Positions 9,506 through 19,095 of a stretch of DNA of 64,000 nt are shown here, one piece after another (the stretch's first letter is position 1; each line of letters starts with the position of its first letter). Under the pieces are notes generated by a model. It was not told the DNA's origin. It did not search any database and worked only from the letters and a program-made list of their open reading frames with translations. The stretch covers positions 32,001-96,000 of the IMG/VR virus record IMGVR_UViG_3300045988_072133. One strand, written 5' to 3'. The DNA is from a virus. A program made the position numbers and the translations under genes.

Positions 9506-11020
9506 TTACTCAGTAAGAATATTCGGAATCATACTCATGGTACGAGTAGGATCCAGGATTAATACACCCAGAGTAGCCATCTTGTGGATCTGTGCAGAAT
9601 CCTCAGGATACGACATATACGGGTTGTTCATACCACCAGTAAAAGGATTGCGCAGGCCCCACATGTAACCACGATACTCTTCCTTACCACGAACCTTAGC
9701 TAGCTGAATATTAGGCTCCTCAGTAGTACCAATGCACATAATGTCATAACGGTACGACTCTGCAACACCGCCATTCGGGTGCATGATCTTGTTACGTACC
9801 TGATCGTCGTAGAGAGGATTAACATCAATCTTAATAGTTACACCATTAGGAGCTTTGTACTCTACGAACTGGAAACCTGCACTCAGAGCATTCTCATGAA
9901 GCTTGCTCGAAGTCTTTGAAATAATAGCAGGATTAGCTGCATTACCACCAAGATACTGGAATACAGTCCATCCAGATACTACATCAAGAACTGCCTTATG
10001 GAACTGTACAGCACCACGAGAACCAGTCTCAATAACAAAGGTACGATCCGAGTAATCAAGCTTCGACTCTGACAGCTCGAAGAGAGCATCCTCAAGAGTC
10101 TTCAGACTAAACTTAGTGTAATAACGAGTATTACCTACAGACATCTGAGCACGGATACCATCGCCCATCTTAATGACATTACCGGACTTACCAAAGTTCA
10201 GATACTCACCGTTCTTATTACGGTTCGAGCGGCCAAACATTATAATGTTCGACTTATATTCTGAGAAGGTTTCCTCCAGCTTATAGTCTACATGGTGAAT
10301 CCATGAATTTGCTACTTGCTTGTTACCAGCCTTATCTACAAAAGGTATACCAATAGCCAGCTTCTTATCAAGAATATTTCCAGGAACCTTAGTCTGGATA
10401 CGAATGTGTGACCATTCATTACGCATAGCAGTAGAGCTAGTATAACGAACATCACCTACTTCCAGCGACATCGTATCCTCAACAGGAGCATATTCCCAGC
10501 TGAACCGTTTACCAGCAACAAGCTGACTTACGGGCATGCCATCAAGAACGCCTCCCATAAGTTCTACGGTATAAACTGCATTCGAACCTTCAAGTCTCGG
10601 CTGACCCAGAATACGCAGGGGATAAACCTCATTAAGTTCACCTACGATTACCTCGCCATCAGCAAACCAGTCTTCGGGGAAAACAACCTTGAAGGGCTGT
10701 CCGTTGGCACCAGCAAAAGTCTCGGTATCCCCAGTATTCTCAAGAACTTGATCACTCATATCACGAGCCTCTACAAGGGGAATATTACGACGAGAACTGC
10801 CAATGACTTCCCAAGTGTACTCATCATCAGTTTCAAAGTACTTAACAGGGAATCTCTGGAGATAACTATCGAGGCTCTTACCACGATGCTGAGCCAGAAG
10901 CTGTACCATAATATTAGTAGCTTTCTGAGGCGCACGACCAAAAATAGCTCCGATGTGGTTATCTCGGGTTAAGCCTTTCCACGAAGTGAAGGCTTTCATT
11001 TGAAATTTACCTAGTTGCAT
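9506..11020 (-). CDS. putative major capsid protein
   Basis: 504-aa ORF immediately after an acidic helical scaffold-like gene (classic scaffold-then-MCP order); followed by a hairpin; assignment by position and size only. Confidence 0.45.
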   Translation of the reverse strand: MQLGKFQMKAFTSWKGLTRDNHIGAIFGRAPQKATNIMVQLLAQHRGKSLDSYLQRFPVKYFETDDEYTWEVIGSSRRNIPLVEARDMSDQVLENTGDTETFAGANGQPFKVVFPEDWFADGEVIVGELNEVYPLRILGQPRLEGSNAVYTVELMGGVLDGMPVSQLVAGKRFSWEYAPVEDTMSLEVGDVRYTSSTAMRNEWSHIRIQTKVPGNILDKKLAIGIPFVDKAGNKQVANSWIHHVDYKLEETFSEYKSNIIMFGRSNRNKNGEYLNFGKSGNVIKMGDGIRAQMSVGNTRYYTKFSLKTLEDALFELSESKLDYSDRTFVIETGSRGAVQFHKAVLDVVSGWTVFQYLGGNAANPAIISKTSSKLHENALSAGFQFVEYKAPNGVTIKIDVNPLYDDQVRNKIMHPNGGVAESYRYDIMCIGTTEEPNIQLAKVRGKEEYRGYMWGLRNPFTGGMNNPYMSYPEDSAQIHKMATLGVLILDPTRTMSMIPNILTE

Positions 11021-11035
11021 AATTTATTAATTTAA

Positions 11036-12196
11036 TTAAACGTCAATTCTATCAATGAAGTCAAAGGATTCTTCCTCAGGCTCCATATTAAAGTTAACGC
11101 TACCATCATCCAAAGTTCTAGTATTGTTGAGTTTATGCTCTAATTCTCGTAGAGCACCTTTCTTAGCTTTAGTTAACTTCTGATTAACTAACTTATCAAT
11201 ATTCTTAAAGCCATCCGTAAGTGTATACATTAGAGAAAGGTAGTATTGAGCATCCAAAGAATTCTCTCTAATATACTTCTGAATAGGAGTCATAATATGA
11301 CCATCCTCATCTTTGTAACTAGCCTTAGTCATATTATTATAGACCTTCTCTCTAGTACCCTTATCAAGGTTAATACCATCAAAAGGTTTATCAGTATTTA
11401 GTACCTTAGCTTTAAACTCTTTAAGCTGTTTTTCCTGAGCAGCTTTTGCAGCAGCAGCAGCAGCTTTTCTTTCCTCAACAATAGAATGATACTCTTCTTT
11501 ATAGAAGTCTAAACAGCTTTCAAGAGCTGCCTTAGCATCTTCAATATCTGTACCAGCATTAATAGATCTCTCTACTTCTCGCTGAGCACGTTCTTTCTTA
11601 AATCCACGATTAATATAATCACTATATATAATCTTCTTACGAAGTGTTTCTGCATCATCAGATTCAGCTTCAAGCTCCTCTTCAGATATATCAGAGAGAT
11701 ACTGAATAGCTCCCTCATAACGCTGAATAACATCAGGTTCCACACCGGCATTAAGCATATCTCGGATACGTTTCTGCTCAGCATCTAGACCTGCATCTAT
11801 CTGCTTCTTTAAAGCTGCAGCGAAAGATTCACTATCCTTTATCTCTTTGATTTCATCTTCGCTTAAGTCCGGGAAAATACCATCTTCGTAACAAGCCAGT
11901 GCGACGGAAGCAAGTATTGGTGTATTGGGAGAAGTTTTATCGCTAGGATCCTTGTCCTTAGTGGTATCTTCCCCGCTTAAGCTAGGATAAGGATCTTCTC
12001 CTTCTCCTTCCTCAGCACCTCCGCCCTCTTGCTTACCCTTAAAAATCCCTTTAGGATCAGGGTCCGCATCTGTACTGGTATCTGTAGGAGGATCATTATC
12101 GGGAGCTCCAAACTCCAGATCTTCCTCCTCAATTTTAATATCAATAGCGTCGTCTCCGAACGCATTGAGTAAATCCATTGATAAAGTTTCTTCCAT
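11036..12196 (-). CDS. putative scaffolding protein
   Basis: 386 aa, highly acidic low-complexity N-terminal region (EEGEGEDPYP, DTSTDADPDPK) and Ala/Lys/Glu-rich helical repeats (KAAAAAAKAAQEKQLKEFKAK). Confidence 0.45.
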   Translation of the reverse strand: MEETLSMDLLNAFGDDAIDIKIEEEDLEFGAPDNDPPTDTSTDADPDPKGIFKGKQEGGGAEEGEGEDPYPSLSGEDTTKDKDPSDKTSPNTPILASVALACYEDGIFPDLSEDEIKEIKDSESFAAALKKQIDAGLDAEQKRIRDMLNAGVEPDVIQRYEGAIQYLSDISEEELEAESDDAETLRKKIIYSDYINRGFKKERAQREVERSINAGTDIEDAKAALESCLDFYKEEYHSIVEERKAAAAAAKAAQEKQLKEFKAKVLNTDKPFDGINLDKGTREKVYNNMTKASYKDEDGHIMTPIQKYIRENSLDAQYYLSLMYTLTDGFKNIDKLVNQKLTKAKKGALRELEHKLNNTRTLDDGSVNFNMEPEEESFDFIDRIDV

Positions 12197-12252
12197 ACTT
12201 CTCCAAAAATTTTAATCTTAATTAGTTAATCTCTTTACATAGATTAATGCAA

Positions 12253-12276
12253 ATATATGAATATTTTTTCATATAT
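12253..12276. promoter_or_regulatory. AT-rich palindrome (copy 2) upstream of scaffold-like gene
   Basis: ATATATGAA-tatttt-TTCATATAT perfect 9-bp arms; shares ...TTTTTCATATAT core with 3613-3636 and 35814-35835. Confidence 0.4.
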
Positions 12277-12331
12277 AAAATACTTTTAGAAATTCACTAA
12301 TAAATTACACCAATAATTACTACTTTATTTC

Positions 12332-12775
12332 CTATTTAACAGTAATCCATATCTGCTCTCCAGCAGCTACAGCTTTGTCAAATTTATCTAGTAAAGCTAA
12401 GAAAGTTACCTTGCTGTTAGATATTCTTCCACTAAAGTAATTCTTTCCAACTAAGATACAGCCTGACGAATCAGCCGCACTGTTACCCCAATGTATTAAT
12501 ATACCGGTAAATGAAGGAACATTATTTAGCAGAGGCATGTTCCTATTATTTACCTTAGGACTAAACTTGGGAGAGTTTACCAGTGTAATTCTATATCTAC
12601 CATTAGGTATAGCAGTTTCATGCATAACCTTCTTCTCATCTCCATCAAAAATACCATTAGAATTCTTATCTCTATCAGTATCTTCAACGGTATCGCACTC
12701 GTATACTCCATTTACGTAAAGTTTCCCACCTGTATACGAGCTTTGTCTATCTATACGCTGTAAGAGTAATTCCAT
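12332..12775 (-). CDS. hypothetical protein, possible YkuD-like (L,D-transpeptidase fold) cell-wall enzyme
   Basis: IHWGNSAADSSGCILVG resembles H-x(8-10)-[ST]-x-G-C-[IV] catalytic motif of YkuD domains; weak. Confidence 0.3.
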   Translation of the reverse strand: MELLLQRIDRQSSYTGGKLYVNGVYECDTVEDTDRDKNSNGIFDGDEKKVMHETAIPNGRYRITLVNSPKFSPKVNNRNMPLLNNVPSFTGILIHWGNSAADSSGCILVGKNYFSGRISNSKVTFLALLDKFDKAVAAGEQIWITVK

Positions 12776-12777
12776 AA

Positions 12778-13044
12778 CTAAGGGATTTCTGGACGATTAG
12801 TAGTCTCCTCCCTAGCCTTTTTAAGCTCCTGTAACAGCTCATTTACTGTTGTATGAAGTTCCTCATTAACCTTCAGAAGACGTGCTATTTCATCTCGGTA
12901 GAACTCTCGCATTTTAACAAGAGTTTCTATCTCAACAAGAGTTGCATTAGCATCTGAAGTTCTCTTGCCACCAAGTTTCCAGGTAACAATTATTGAGAGT
13001 AAGTTAGATACTCCTAGAGCGCCCAGCAATGTAAACCAATCCAT
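12778..13044 (-). CDS. small membrane protein (holin-like candidate)
   Basis: 88 aa; N-terminal TM (WFTLLGALGVSNLLSIIVTW) then charged coiled-coil tail. Confidence 0.4.
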   Translation of the reverse strand: MDWFTLLGALGVSNLLSIIVTWKLGGKRTSDANATLVEIETLVKMREFYRDEIARLLKVNEELHTTVNELLQELKKAREETTNRPEIP

Positions 13045-13655
13045 TATTCGATTACTTGAATGTATCTCTCAGTCTCGGAGTAAATGTAGGGACTCTCCTC
13101 AACTACATCGACCAATAGAACCTTATGTTTACGTTGAAACCACCTACACAAGAAGAACTTCTTAGGAGGCTTAATAGTCTCCTTCTGAAGATGCCCTACA
13201 ACGGTTCGTTCACTCCTAAACTTAGGTTCTACAACTACCTTATTAGGATATTCTAATCCAAGCCTAAGGCTGTACCACTTATCCCTAATAGTAGTATCAA
13301 TCTTAACATCAGGTTGAAATATTGTATCCCGTAAAATCACAGTGTCCTTCTTAGATGCAATACTTAGTTGATATTCTAAATATCGAACATCCTTATCTCT
13401 AATCTTGAGCTTTTTTTGAACTTCTAATAACTTCCTATTAATAGAATCTTTACTAGATTTAAGCTCTTCAATCGTAAACTTAAAGGCTCTTTTCTCGTTA
13501 GTAAGAGAATCGTTCTCCGCCGCATACGCTTTTATATTAGTATATGCCGCAGAGACTTCTTCTCGTAAACTATTAATTTTATTATAAGCTCCGAAGCATA
13601 TCCCACCAAGGGCTAGTATTACTAATCCTTGAATTGCTATTATTTTCCATCTCAT
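13044..13655 (-). CDS. type-II membrane protein with coiled-coil (spanin-like candidate)
   Basis: 203 aa; N-terminal TM (IIAIQGLVILALGGICFGAY) followed by long helical region; start overlaps upstream stop. Confidence 0.4.
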   Translation of the reverse strand: MRWKIIAIQGLVILALGGICFGAYNKINSLREEVSAAYTNIKAYAAENDSLTNEKRAFKFTIEELKSSKDSINRKLLEVQKKLKIRDKDVRYLEYQLSIASKKDTVILRDTIFQPDVKIDTTIRDKWYSLRLGLEYPNKVVVEPKFRSERTVVGHLQKETIKPPKKFFLCRWFQRKHKVLLVDVVEESPYIYSETERYIQVIE

Positions 13656-13662
13656 AATCTCA

Positions 13663-15978
13663 TTACGAAGTAAGGGCTGTTCTTATAGCTCCTGTAGTAT
13701 TTTCATTCTGATCCGCTAGCTTAACTAGGGAAGGATATGCTACATAAAACGTACCCCAATATACTTCCTTACTGTTTACTGTTAAAGTATTTAAAGGCTT
13801 AAAATAATATTCAAAAACGGCTCCGGGAGGTATTAAAATACTTGTCAAGTTTACTGAATGATCTCCCCATGTTACTCCACATTTACACACGGAGCTACTA
13901 TGAATATTCACAGTAATAATAGCACTTCTTGATACATTCAATATAACTCCTCTATAAATAGAAGCATTATCTAATACTCCATTTGATTTGGCTATCAATA
14001 GCGTAGTTGATGCGTCTGCATCACTTGTGGTATATGCATTAAGGGAGTGAATGTTAGCATCTAATCCTGACAAGAAAATCTCTTGTAATTCTTGACGAAT
14101 ATTACCAGTAAGAGAAATATTACTAGCTACTAAATTATCCGCTGTAATATTTCCACTAGCATCAAACCTAATTTTACCAGCTGCTAAAAATCCTTCTCCA
14201 GTTTTAAAGTTAAATGCTATATTGGGAATAAATACTCCAGCAGTAGGATTAGTAGGCTCAAATGCTTCATAATTAGTAGAAATTTGACCACTAGCATCAA
14301 TACCTTGCTGGCTAAACATCCAATCTCCGGTAAATACAGCAGATCCTATAAGTCCATTAGATATAATACCAATCTTAGTAAATAATGCTTCAAATGCTTC
14401 TAATTTAATCCAACTACCACTCGTGTCAGTACTAGGAGTCTGATTATTATGTGCTGTACCAAGCCAAGTACCAACCTTATTTAGGACGTAATAATTATCA
14501 TCCCCAGAATCATATACATAAGGAGTTTTATTCGCATCACATATATATGTAACAGTTGTAGAATAAATCCCCTCAGGATATATTATTTGACCTTTAGAAC
14601 CAGGAGCACCAGGCATGCCAGGAGCTCCTTCTAAACCATTAGTACCACTTAGTTTAGCAGGGATAGACCATGCTCCATCTACAGAACCAACTCTGTCAGA
14701 ATTGTCTACATAGTTAATACGAGCCTGTATAAACCATATATAAGGATTAGCTTCAGTAACAGTAGGAACATTAGTACTCCATCCAGTCGGATTCCTATTA
14801 GATCCTAAATCTGTACTACCAGTATATGTAGATTCTGTACCAAGACAGTACTGTACTTCAATACCTACTCCAGGAATTCCTGATACACCATTTTTACCAG
14901 CAGGGCCAGGATCACCAGCTGGTCCAGTAGCTCCATCTTTCCCATCTTTTCCCGGAGGACCTTGTGGCCCTTCTGGACCGGCTTCTCCACTAATAACAGT
15001 AGGAGTAGACCAATTGGTATATAAGGTATCATTAGGATTAATAGTAGCTACAATCATCCATATAAACTCCTGGGTAGCCTTAACGGCAGGGATCATAGAC
15101 CAGCCTGTAGGAGTCCTCATAGTATTATCAAGAGCAGGAGGAGTAATATTACTGAAGTTTATTGCAAAGCGAAACTCTGTATATTTGCCATCCTGAGCAG
15201 TACCATCACGACCATTTACAGGTAATACTTCAGACCATTCAGATACTAGGCCTGTAGATCCTGTAACAGTACCTATACACTGCCACCAATTACCACTGGT
15301 AGTAGGATAGTCTTCCCATCCCTCAGGATTGGGATTTGTACTAGTAGGAGGCTCAGGTTTAGAGCTACTTAACTTATAGACATAAGTCTTGTAGTTGGGA
15401 ACACTTCCTGCAGGCCCTTTAGGACCTTCAGGCCCAGGTTCTCCTGGGTCACCCTTATCTCCTTTGGTACCAGTCATAAGAAGGGGATCACTCCACTCAC
15501 CTATTAATACTGTATCTTTAAAGGTTGCAGTAATAGACCAAATACTATCTGAAGTAGTATGAATTGGAACTACATTTCCCCAGATAGACCCTGGGTTAGG
15601 GTTGTCCTTAACAACAATAGGAGGAGTATTTGAAGTGCTAGTTTTCGAATACATTATTCTAATACTAGTACCATCAGAGCCCTTTGGTAATCCAAAACAG
15701 AATTTAAAGATATTTCCATCTAATGTTACAGAGGCGTCTGCTTGACTAGTAGATTCTACTTGATCTACAGTAGCTTCGAAATTTTCAGGAGTACTTCCAC
15801 CCTGACCTCCTACTAAAACCCACTTATCTTGAATACAATCAAAGGCTAGTAGTTCCCACAAAGGAGAACCACTAGTTGTAGGATGTAACCAAGTAAGATT
15901 AAGAGCTTCTTCAGGGGGGGGCTCAATACCTACCCAAATTTTTCCAAATCCATTTATATAATGATACATAATTATCAA
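13663..15978 (-). CDS. tail fibre protein with collagen-like Gly-X-Y repeats
   Basis: 771 aa; three G-X-Y blocks (GTKGDKGDPGEPGPEGPKGPAG; GEAGPEGPQGPPGKDGKDGATGPAGDPGPAGKNGVSGIPG; GTNGLEGAPGMPGAPGSKG). N-terminal domain is shared with the 19096-19971 product. Confidence 0.7.
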   Translation of the reverse strand: MIIMYHYINGFGKIWVGIEPPPEEALNLTWLHPTTSGSPLWELLAFDCIQDKWVLVGGQGGSTPENFEATVDQVESTSQADASVTLDGNIFKFCFGLPKGSDGTSIRIMYSKTSTSNTPPIVVKDNPNPGSIWGNVVPIHTTSDSIWSITATFKDTVLIGEWSDPLLMTGTKGDKGDPGEPGPEGPKGPAGSVPNYKTYVYKLSSSKPEPPTSTNPNPEGWEDYPTTSGNWWQCIGTVTGSTGLVSEWSEVLPVNGRDGTAQDGKYTEFRFAINFSNITPPALDNTMRTPTGWSMIPAVKATQEFIWMIVATINPNDTLYTNWSTPTVISGEAGPEGPQGPPGKDGKDGATGPAGDPGPAGKNGVSGIPGVGIEVQYCLGTESTYTGSTDLGSNRNPTGWSTNVPTVTEANPYIWFIQARINYVDNSDRVGSVDGAWSIPAKLSGTNGLEGAPGMPGAPGSKGQIIYPEGIYSTTVTYICDANKTPYVYDSGDDNYYVLNKVGTWLGTAHNNQTPSTDTSGSWIKLEAFEALFTKIGIISNGLIGSAVFTGDWMFSQQGIDASGQISTNYEAFEPTNPTAGVFIPNIAFNFKTGEGFLAAGKIRFDASGNITADNLVASNISLTGNIRQELQEIFLSGLDANIHSLNAYTTSDADASTTLLIAKSNGVLDNASIYRGVILNVSRSAIITVNIHSSSVCKCGVTWGDHSVNLTSILIPPGAVFEYYFKPLNTLTVNSKEVYWGTFYVAYPSLVKLADQNENTTGAIRTALTS

Positions 15979-16802
15979 ACTTTATTGTGTGCAGATTTGT
16001 ATATCCTCTTCACCGTTATTCTGCTACCGATAGGATAAGATTCACCACCACTTACTGTCATAGTTAATTTACTTTCTGTGCAACTAATAGTCATTACCCC
16101 TACATCAGATATTACCTCTGAATTAGACCCGCCAGAATTATAAAACCCACTAAATTTGATATCTGATCGGGATTCCCCTACTTTGAAATTAAAAGTACGG
16201 TTAACGTTAATGCCAGAGACAAAATATGTATTAGGATCACTTGGGTCCATTAAATCATATATTACAGTAATTAAATCTCCACTCTGTAAACTTTTAGAAA
16301 AGTCAAACATATCCGGAGCGTTGTCACCTAATTGAACGCTTCCTTCCCAAAGAGTAGTTCCAACAGGAACACCTGCCTCATCAGCAGGTAACTTTTGCCA
16401 TGAAGTATCGTAAAGACTTGTGGACTTAAATACGTACAATGTAGGGGTACCGTTAACCTTGTTATTAAGGTCCGTACCTATGTATAAAGCCATGAAAGAG
16501 CTTATCTTTATAGCGTACCCTTTTAAAGGCACATCGGGGCCGTTTGTTGCTGTCTTAGCACTTTCAAAAGTAACGAATTCTCCGACTTTTATATCGGAGC
16601 TGAATGTTATACTCTGGCCATTTAAAGTCCACGAGTTATTCCTAAAGTTAGTGACAACAACATACTTGACTCCTTCAACAGAAGCAAGATCAGCTATTTG
16701 TTGGGCAGTAATCTTCTCTGTGGCAGAGACCTGAAATTCCTCGTTACCAGTAGCAGCAGCTTTCTTGATAAACTCAGAAATATCTTTGTAAACATTTGCC
16801 AT
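15975..16802 (-). CDS. hypothetical tail/structural protein
   Basis: 275-aa ORF overlapping upstream gene by 4 nt. Confidence 0.5.
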   Translation of the reverse strand: MANVYKDISEFIKKAAATGNEEFQVSATEKITAQQIADLASVEGVKYVVVTNFRNNSWTLNGQSITFSSDIKVGEFVTFESAKTATNGPDVPLKGYAIKISSFMALYIGTDLNNKVNGTPTLYVFKSTSLYDTSWQKLPADEAGVPVGTTLWEGSVQLGDNAPDMFDFSKSLQSGDLITVIYDLMDPSDPNTYFVSGINVNRTFNFKVGESRSDIKFSGFYNSGGSNSEVISDVGVMTISCTESKLTMTVSGGESYPIGSRITVKRIYKSAHNKV

Positions 16803-16820
16803 ATTTAATAATTATTTTAA

Positions 16821-17117
16821 TTAAAAACCAGCTTTATTTTTAGAGTATGCACTACATATATCTGCATAAGTGGCTATTACTAAGTTATCAGAGGTCTGAA
16901 TAACTTTAAGTGTTTTTGATGCTTGAGATCCAGAAGATCCTGTAGTTCTAAACGTAATAGTCTTCTCCCTATCTTCTCCAGTGCGGTTATAATCAGAAGT
17001 AATTCCTGTAGGGATTATAACTAAATTATCTTCAGTAATCTCACTATCATCCCACTGAAGATAAATAGAATCTGAAGCATCTATAGACCAAGGAATTGAA
17101 ATTGTCTGGATACTCAT
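16821..17117 (-). CDS. hypothetical protein
   Basis: 98-aa ORF. Confidence 0.45.
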   Translation of the reverse strand: MSIQTISIPWSIDASDSIYLQWDDSEITEDNLVIIPTGITSDYNRTGEDREKTITFRTTGSSGSQASKTLKVIQTSDNLVIATYADICSAYSKNKAGF

Positions 17118-17140
17118 AATACAATTTTACTAAGTTAAAA

Positions 17141-17172
17141 TAGGGAGGGGTGGCAGTTTCCCCCCCCCCCTA
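17141..17172 (-). terminator. poly-G hairpin terminator-like element
   Basis: Minus strand reads G11-aaacugcca-CCCCUCCC-UAUUUU; DNA has a C11 homopolymer (17160-17170). Confidence 0.45.
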
Positions 17173-17189
17173 TTAATAATCCTAATTTA

Positions 17190-17813
17190 CTAGGATACCG
17201 TAAACGTTGTGTTGGTTGTAACGTCAATGGTAACAGAACCAGTCTGCGGAACTGTAATGGTAGCGGTAGACAGGTTAAGATAAGCATCTCCAGCAGCCTG
17301 CTTAAGCTGAATAGTAGCAGTTTTGCTACCTGCAGAAGTAACTGTAATTTGCTGCGTACGTTCGCTAATAGTTGTATTAGCAGCGGCAGAAAGTGTCAGC
17401 TCAAAAGTATACTTAGCTACAGCACCAGGGTCACCAGTAATAGCAACACCATTGGTTACCTCTGTAGATGTGTTAACCTTATACTTAACCGAAGTAATAT
17501 CTGCTGTAATAACATTACCAGATCCTTTAGTAAAAGTAAGTTTATCCGAGTTGGAAGTACCTGTAATAACTACAGCTCCTCCACCCTTGACAACAGCCAT
17601 TTCAACTCCATCATCAAATGACACAAATTCAGCTGCAGCTTCAAGAGTTGCAGTGATTGTTTTATTCGGGGTAACGTCCTGAGCTGTGACTGTGAAGGTT
17701 GCATTCTTAGCAACACGATTACCTAAACTAGCGGGGTCTGCTGTAAAAGTCAGAGTAGTATTACCCGAGCCAGATGTAGGGTTAACAGAAATGTTTTGTT
17801 TAGTAACTGCCAT
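17190..17813 (-). CDS. Ig-like/beta-sandwich repeat protein (decoration or fibre-associated)
   Basis: 207 aa, Thr/Val/Ala-rich with repeated TxTA..VT.T segments typical of Ig-like (BIG-type) domains. Confidence 0.45.
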   Translation of the reverse strand: MAVTKQNISVNPTSGSGNTTLTFTADPASLGNRVAKNATFTVTAQDVTPNKTITATLEAAAEFVSFDDGVEMAVVKGGGAVVITGTSNSDKLTFTKGSGNVITADITSVKYKVNTSTEVTNGVAITGDPGAVAKYTFELTLSAAANTTISERTQQITVTSAGSKTATIQLKQAAGDAYLNLSTATITVPQTGSVTIDVTTNTTFTVS

Positions 17814-17818
17814 AATTG

Positions 17819-18211
17819 TTAATCAATTGTAAATGTTAAATTAGTATATATTGTATTAGTATCAGTATAATTATTAAGTGCATTGAGAATAACATGTTCT
17901 TTCTCAATAGTTAAATAATCTTTTTCACCTAACCTAGTCCATAGCTCTTCACCATTATATAAAACTCTTCGTATAGTCCACGAAGGGGAATTAGCTTTTG
18001 AAGAAGACTCTTCAGCTAGATGACCTGCCTTAGTCTCGTCATAAAGACTATATACCCCATCATCATAAGTTGCAACAACTAAGTCTGATGTTACAGGTGG
18101 AGAGTAAGGCCATATTACTACTCCATTAAAGATAACTCTCTTAATAAGAGCATTATCCTTTGATGCTATTGTCTTACCATTAAAAGTAATAGTCTTTATC
18201 TTATGCCTCAT
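17819..18211 (-). CDS. hypothetical protein
   Basis: 130-aa ORF. Confidence 0.45.
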   Translation of the reverse strand: MRHKIKTITFNGKTIASKDNALIKRVIFNGVVIWPYSPPVTSDLVVATYDDGVYSLYDETKAGHLAEESSSKANSPSWTIRRVLYNGEELWTRLGEKDYLTIEKEHVILNALNNYTDTNTIYTNLTFTID

Positions 18212-18213
18212 AA

Positions 18214-19092
18214 CTACGTAGTTTCTTCCAACTCTATATATAGGATGTTATCTTGTTGCATGGGAGCTGTACCTTGTACTACTTCAACACCTTTGACTGT
18301 GTTAGATGCAACACTTTTAAATATGTTTATAGTTCGCCGTAATGTGAGTCCTGTGGGCAATCTATCATTATTTACGCTGATTTCATACTCCGAAAGATCC
18401 CCAGTAATACTCATTACAGAGAATATATAATCTTCTCTCCAGGCAACTATCTGGTAGACCTTATAAATAACAGGGGAGGTTTTACTGTCTGAGTATACCC
18501 AGAATACTGGGCTGCTTTTGTCAATTGTACCCATGAATCCTATAAGGTGACTCAGAAAATTATACATTGGCCCACCTTCAGACATATCATATTGCGAAAA
18601 GTCATCATCACCTTGGCCAATATACATGGGAGTTATTACATCATACAAGAAATTATAAAACTCATTGCCGCTTATAGCATCAATATTAATTCTCGCCTGC
18701 ATCTTCTGTGCCGTAGATAAGTTTTGCCGGACATATTTAATAGATTGAGCTCCCGAACCACCAAACGAAGCCCACGAGTTATCAATCCACATTAAAGCGT
18801 CATAAGCTACTGGGTCACTTCCTTCATTCTTAACAAGGTAGATTTTATTGGCCTTACCAGTCTCAGGAAGCATGGCTACAATCTCCACAGATGTAGCATT
18901 TTGAAGCGGTTCCGGAAGTAGATCAATAGGTAGCTTACCCTCCTTGTCAAGCTGGGGAGTTGCCTTATTGATGTCGGATTGAAACTTTTGTAGCTGTTCG
19001 TCGTAAATCTGACCTGTAAATGCAAGTTTACCGTCAGCAGTCTTAGCGAAAAGCAGGCCATAAATATTAATATAATCTTCCATGATAATCAA
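18214..19092 (-). CDS. hypothetical tail protein
   Basis: 292-aa ORF. Confidence 0.5.
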   Translation of the reverse strand: MIIMEDYINIYGLLFAKTADGKLAFTGQIYDEQLQKFQSDINKATPQLDKEGKLPIDLLPEPLQNATSVEIVAMLPETGKANKIYLVKNEGSDPVAYDALMWIDNSWASFGGSGAQSIKYVRQNLSTAQKMQARINIDAISGNEFYNFLYDVITPMYIGQGDDDFSQYDMSEGGPMYNFLSHLIGFMGTIDKSSPVFWVYSDSKTSPVIYKVYQIVAWREDYIFSVMSITGDLSEYEISVNNDRLPTGLTLRRTINIFKSVASNTVKGVEVVQGTAPMQQDNILYIELEETT

Positions 19093-19095
19093 AAA

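Noticed and set aside
4656-18430. Assorted 60-120 aa plus-strand ORFs inside the minus-strand structural block (e.g. 4656-4850, 8490-8898, 10748-10972, 17323-17682, 18203-18430, 21747-21932, 22390-22623, 23404-23649)
   Set aside because: They are antisense to long, motif-supported genes and have low-complexity or hydrophobic junk translations, so they are shadow ORFs.
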